Of a stretch of 64,000 nucleotides of DNA, positions 63,875 to 64,000 are shown piece by piece. The notes below the pieces were generated by a model, which was not told the origin of the DNA, did no database searches, and saw only the letters and a list, made by a program, of their open reading frames with translations. A program made the position numbers and the translations under genes. Source of the stretch: Octopus sinensis (lineage: Eukaryota). The stretch is from contig NC_042998.1 in the NCBI RefSeq assembly GCF_006345805.1, positions 184,388,001 through 184,452,000 on the forward strand. The letters are read 5' to 3'. How positions within the stretch are numbered: position 1 is the first letter of the stretch; each line of letters opens with the position of its first letter.

Positions 63875-64000
63875 ACGGAGGAATATTTCTAAAGATTAAG
63901 ATTGGTGTTGCGCTCTTTGACTGTAACACCAAAATTGACCGGTTGGAATAAAATTCAAGCAGTTAATACACGGGCGATAGCATCACTTCGGCATGGTGTT
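63875..64000 (+). mobile_element. RLE-type (R4/Dong-like) RT-thumb fragment starting right after (AAT)n; runs off the window
   Basis: EEYF*RLRLVLRS...GWNKIQAVNTRAIASLRHG resembles EY.RRLR.IL...LNG.NKI.AIN..A...LRYG. Confidence 0.65.

Overview
AT-rich, repeat-dense eukaryotic genomic DNA, very likely from an octopod cephalopod. This rests on the SINE/RTE repeat families, HTGEKPY-type C2H2 zinc-finger arrays and abundant microsatellites. There is one 100-N scaffold gap (13729-13828). Host genes: two convergent, partly degenerate C2H2 zinc-finger genes (7469-7903 +, 14356-15000 -) and one intact single-coding-exon ankyrin-repeat/SOCS-box gene with an N-myristoylation motif (33814-34878 -). Most other recognisable sequence is mobile DNA. 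Retroelements: RTE LINEs (one near-complete RT carrying a PHD-type finger), several RLE-type (R4/Dong-like) fragments tied to (AAT)n or (CA)n tracts, a Penelope-like element, CR1/L2 fragments, a decayed Ty3/Gypsy remnant and at least three tRNA-derived SINE families. DNA elements: many MITE/foldback elements, including GG-terminated ones with 8-bp target duplications (Merlin/IS1016-like signature). The most notable observations are a minimal hammerhead-ribozyme motif inside a ~295-bp retrozyme-like repeat unit, tandem SINE multimers with a fixed junction, a LINE sharing its 3' tail with that SINE, a 1.85-kb foldback element with ~553-bp TIRs, and a MITE flanked by a ~145-bp duplication. All family names come from motif recognition by eye, not database searches, and boundaries of degenerate repeats are approximate.
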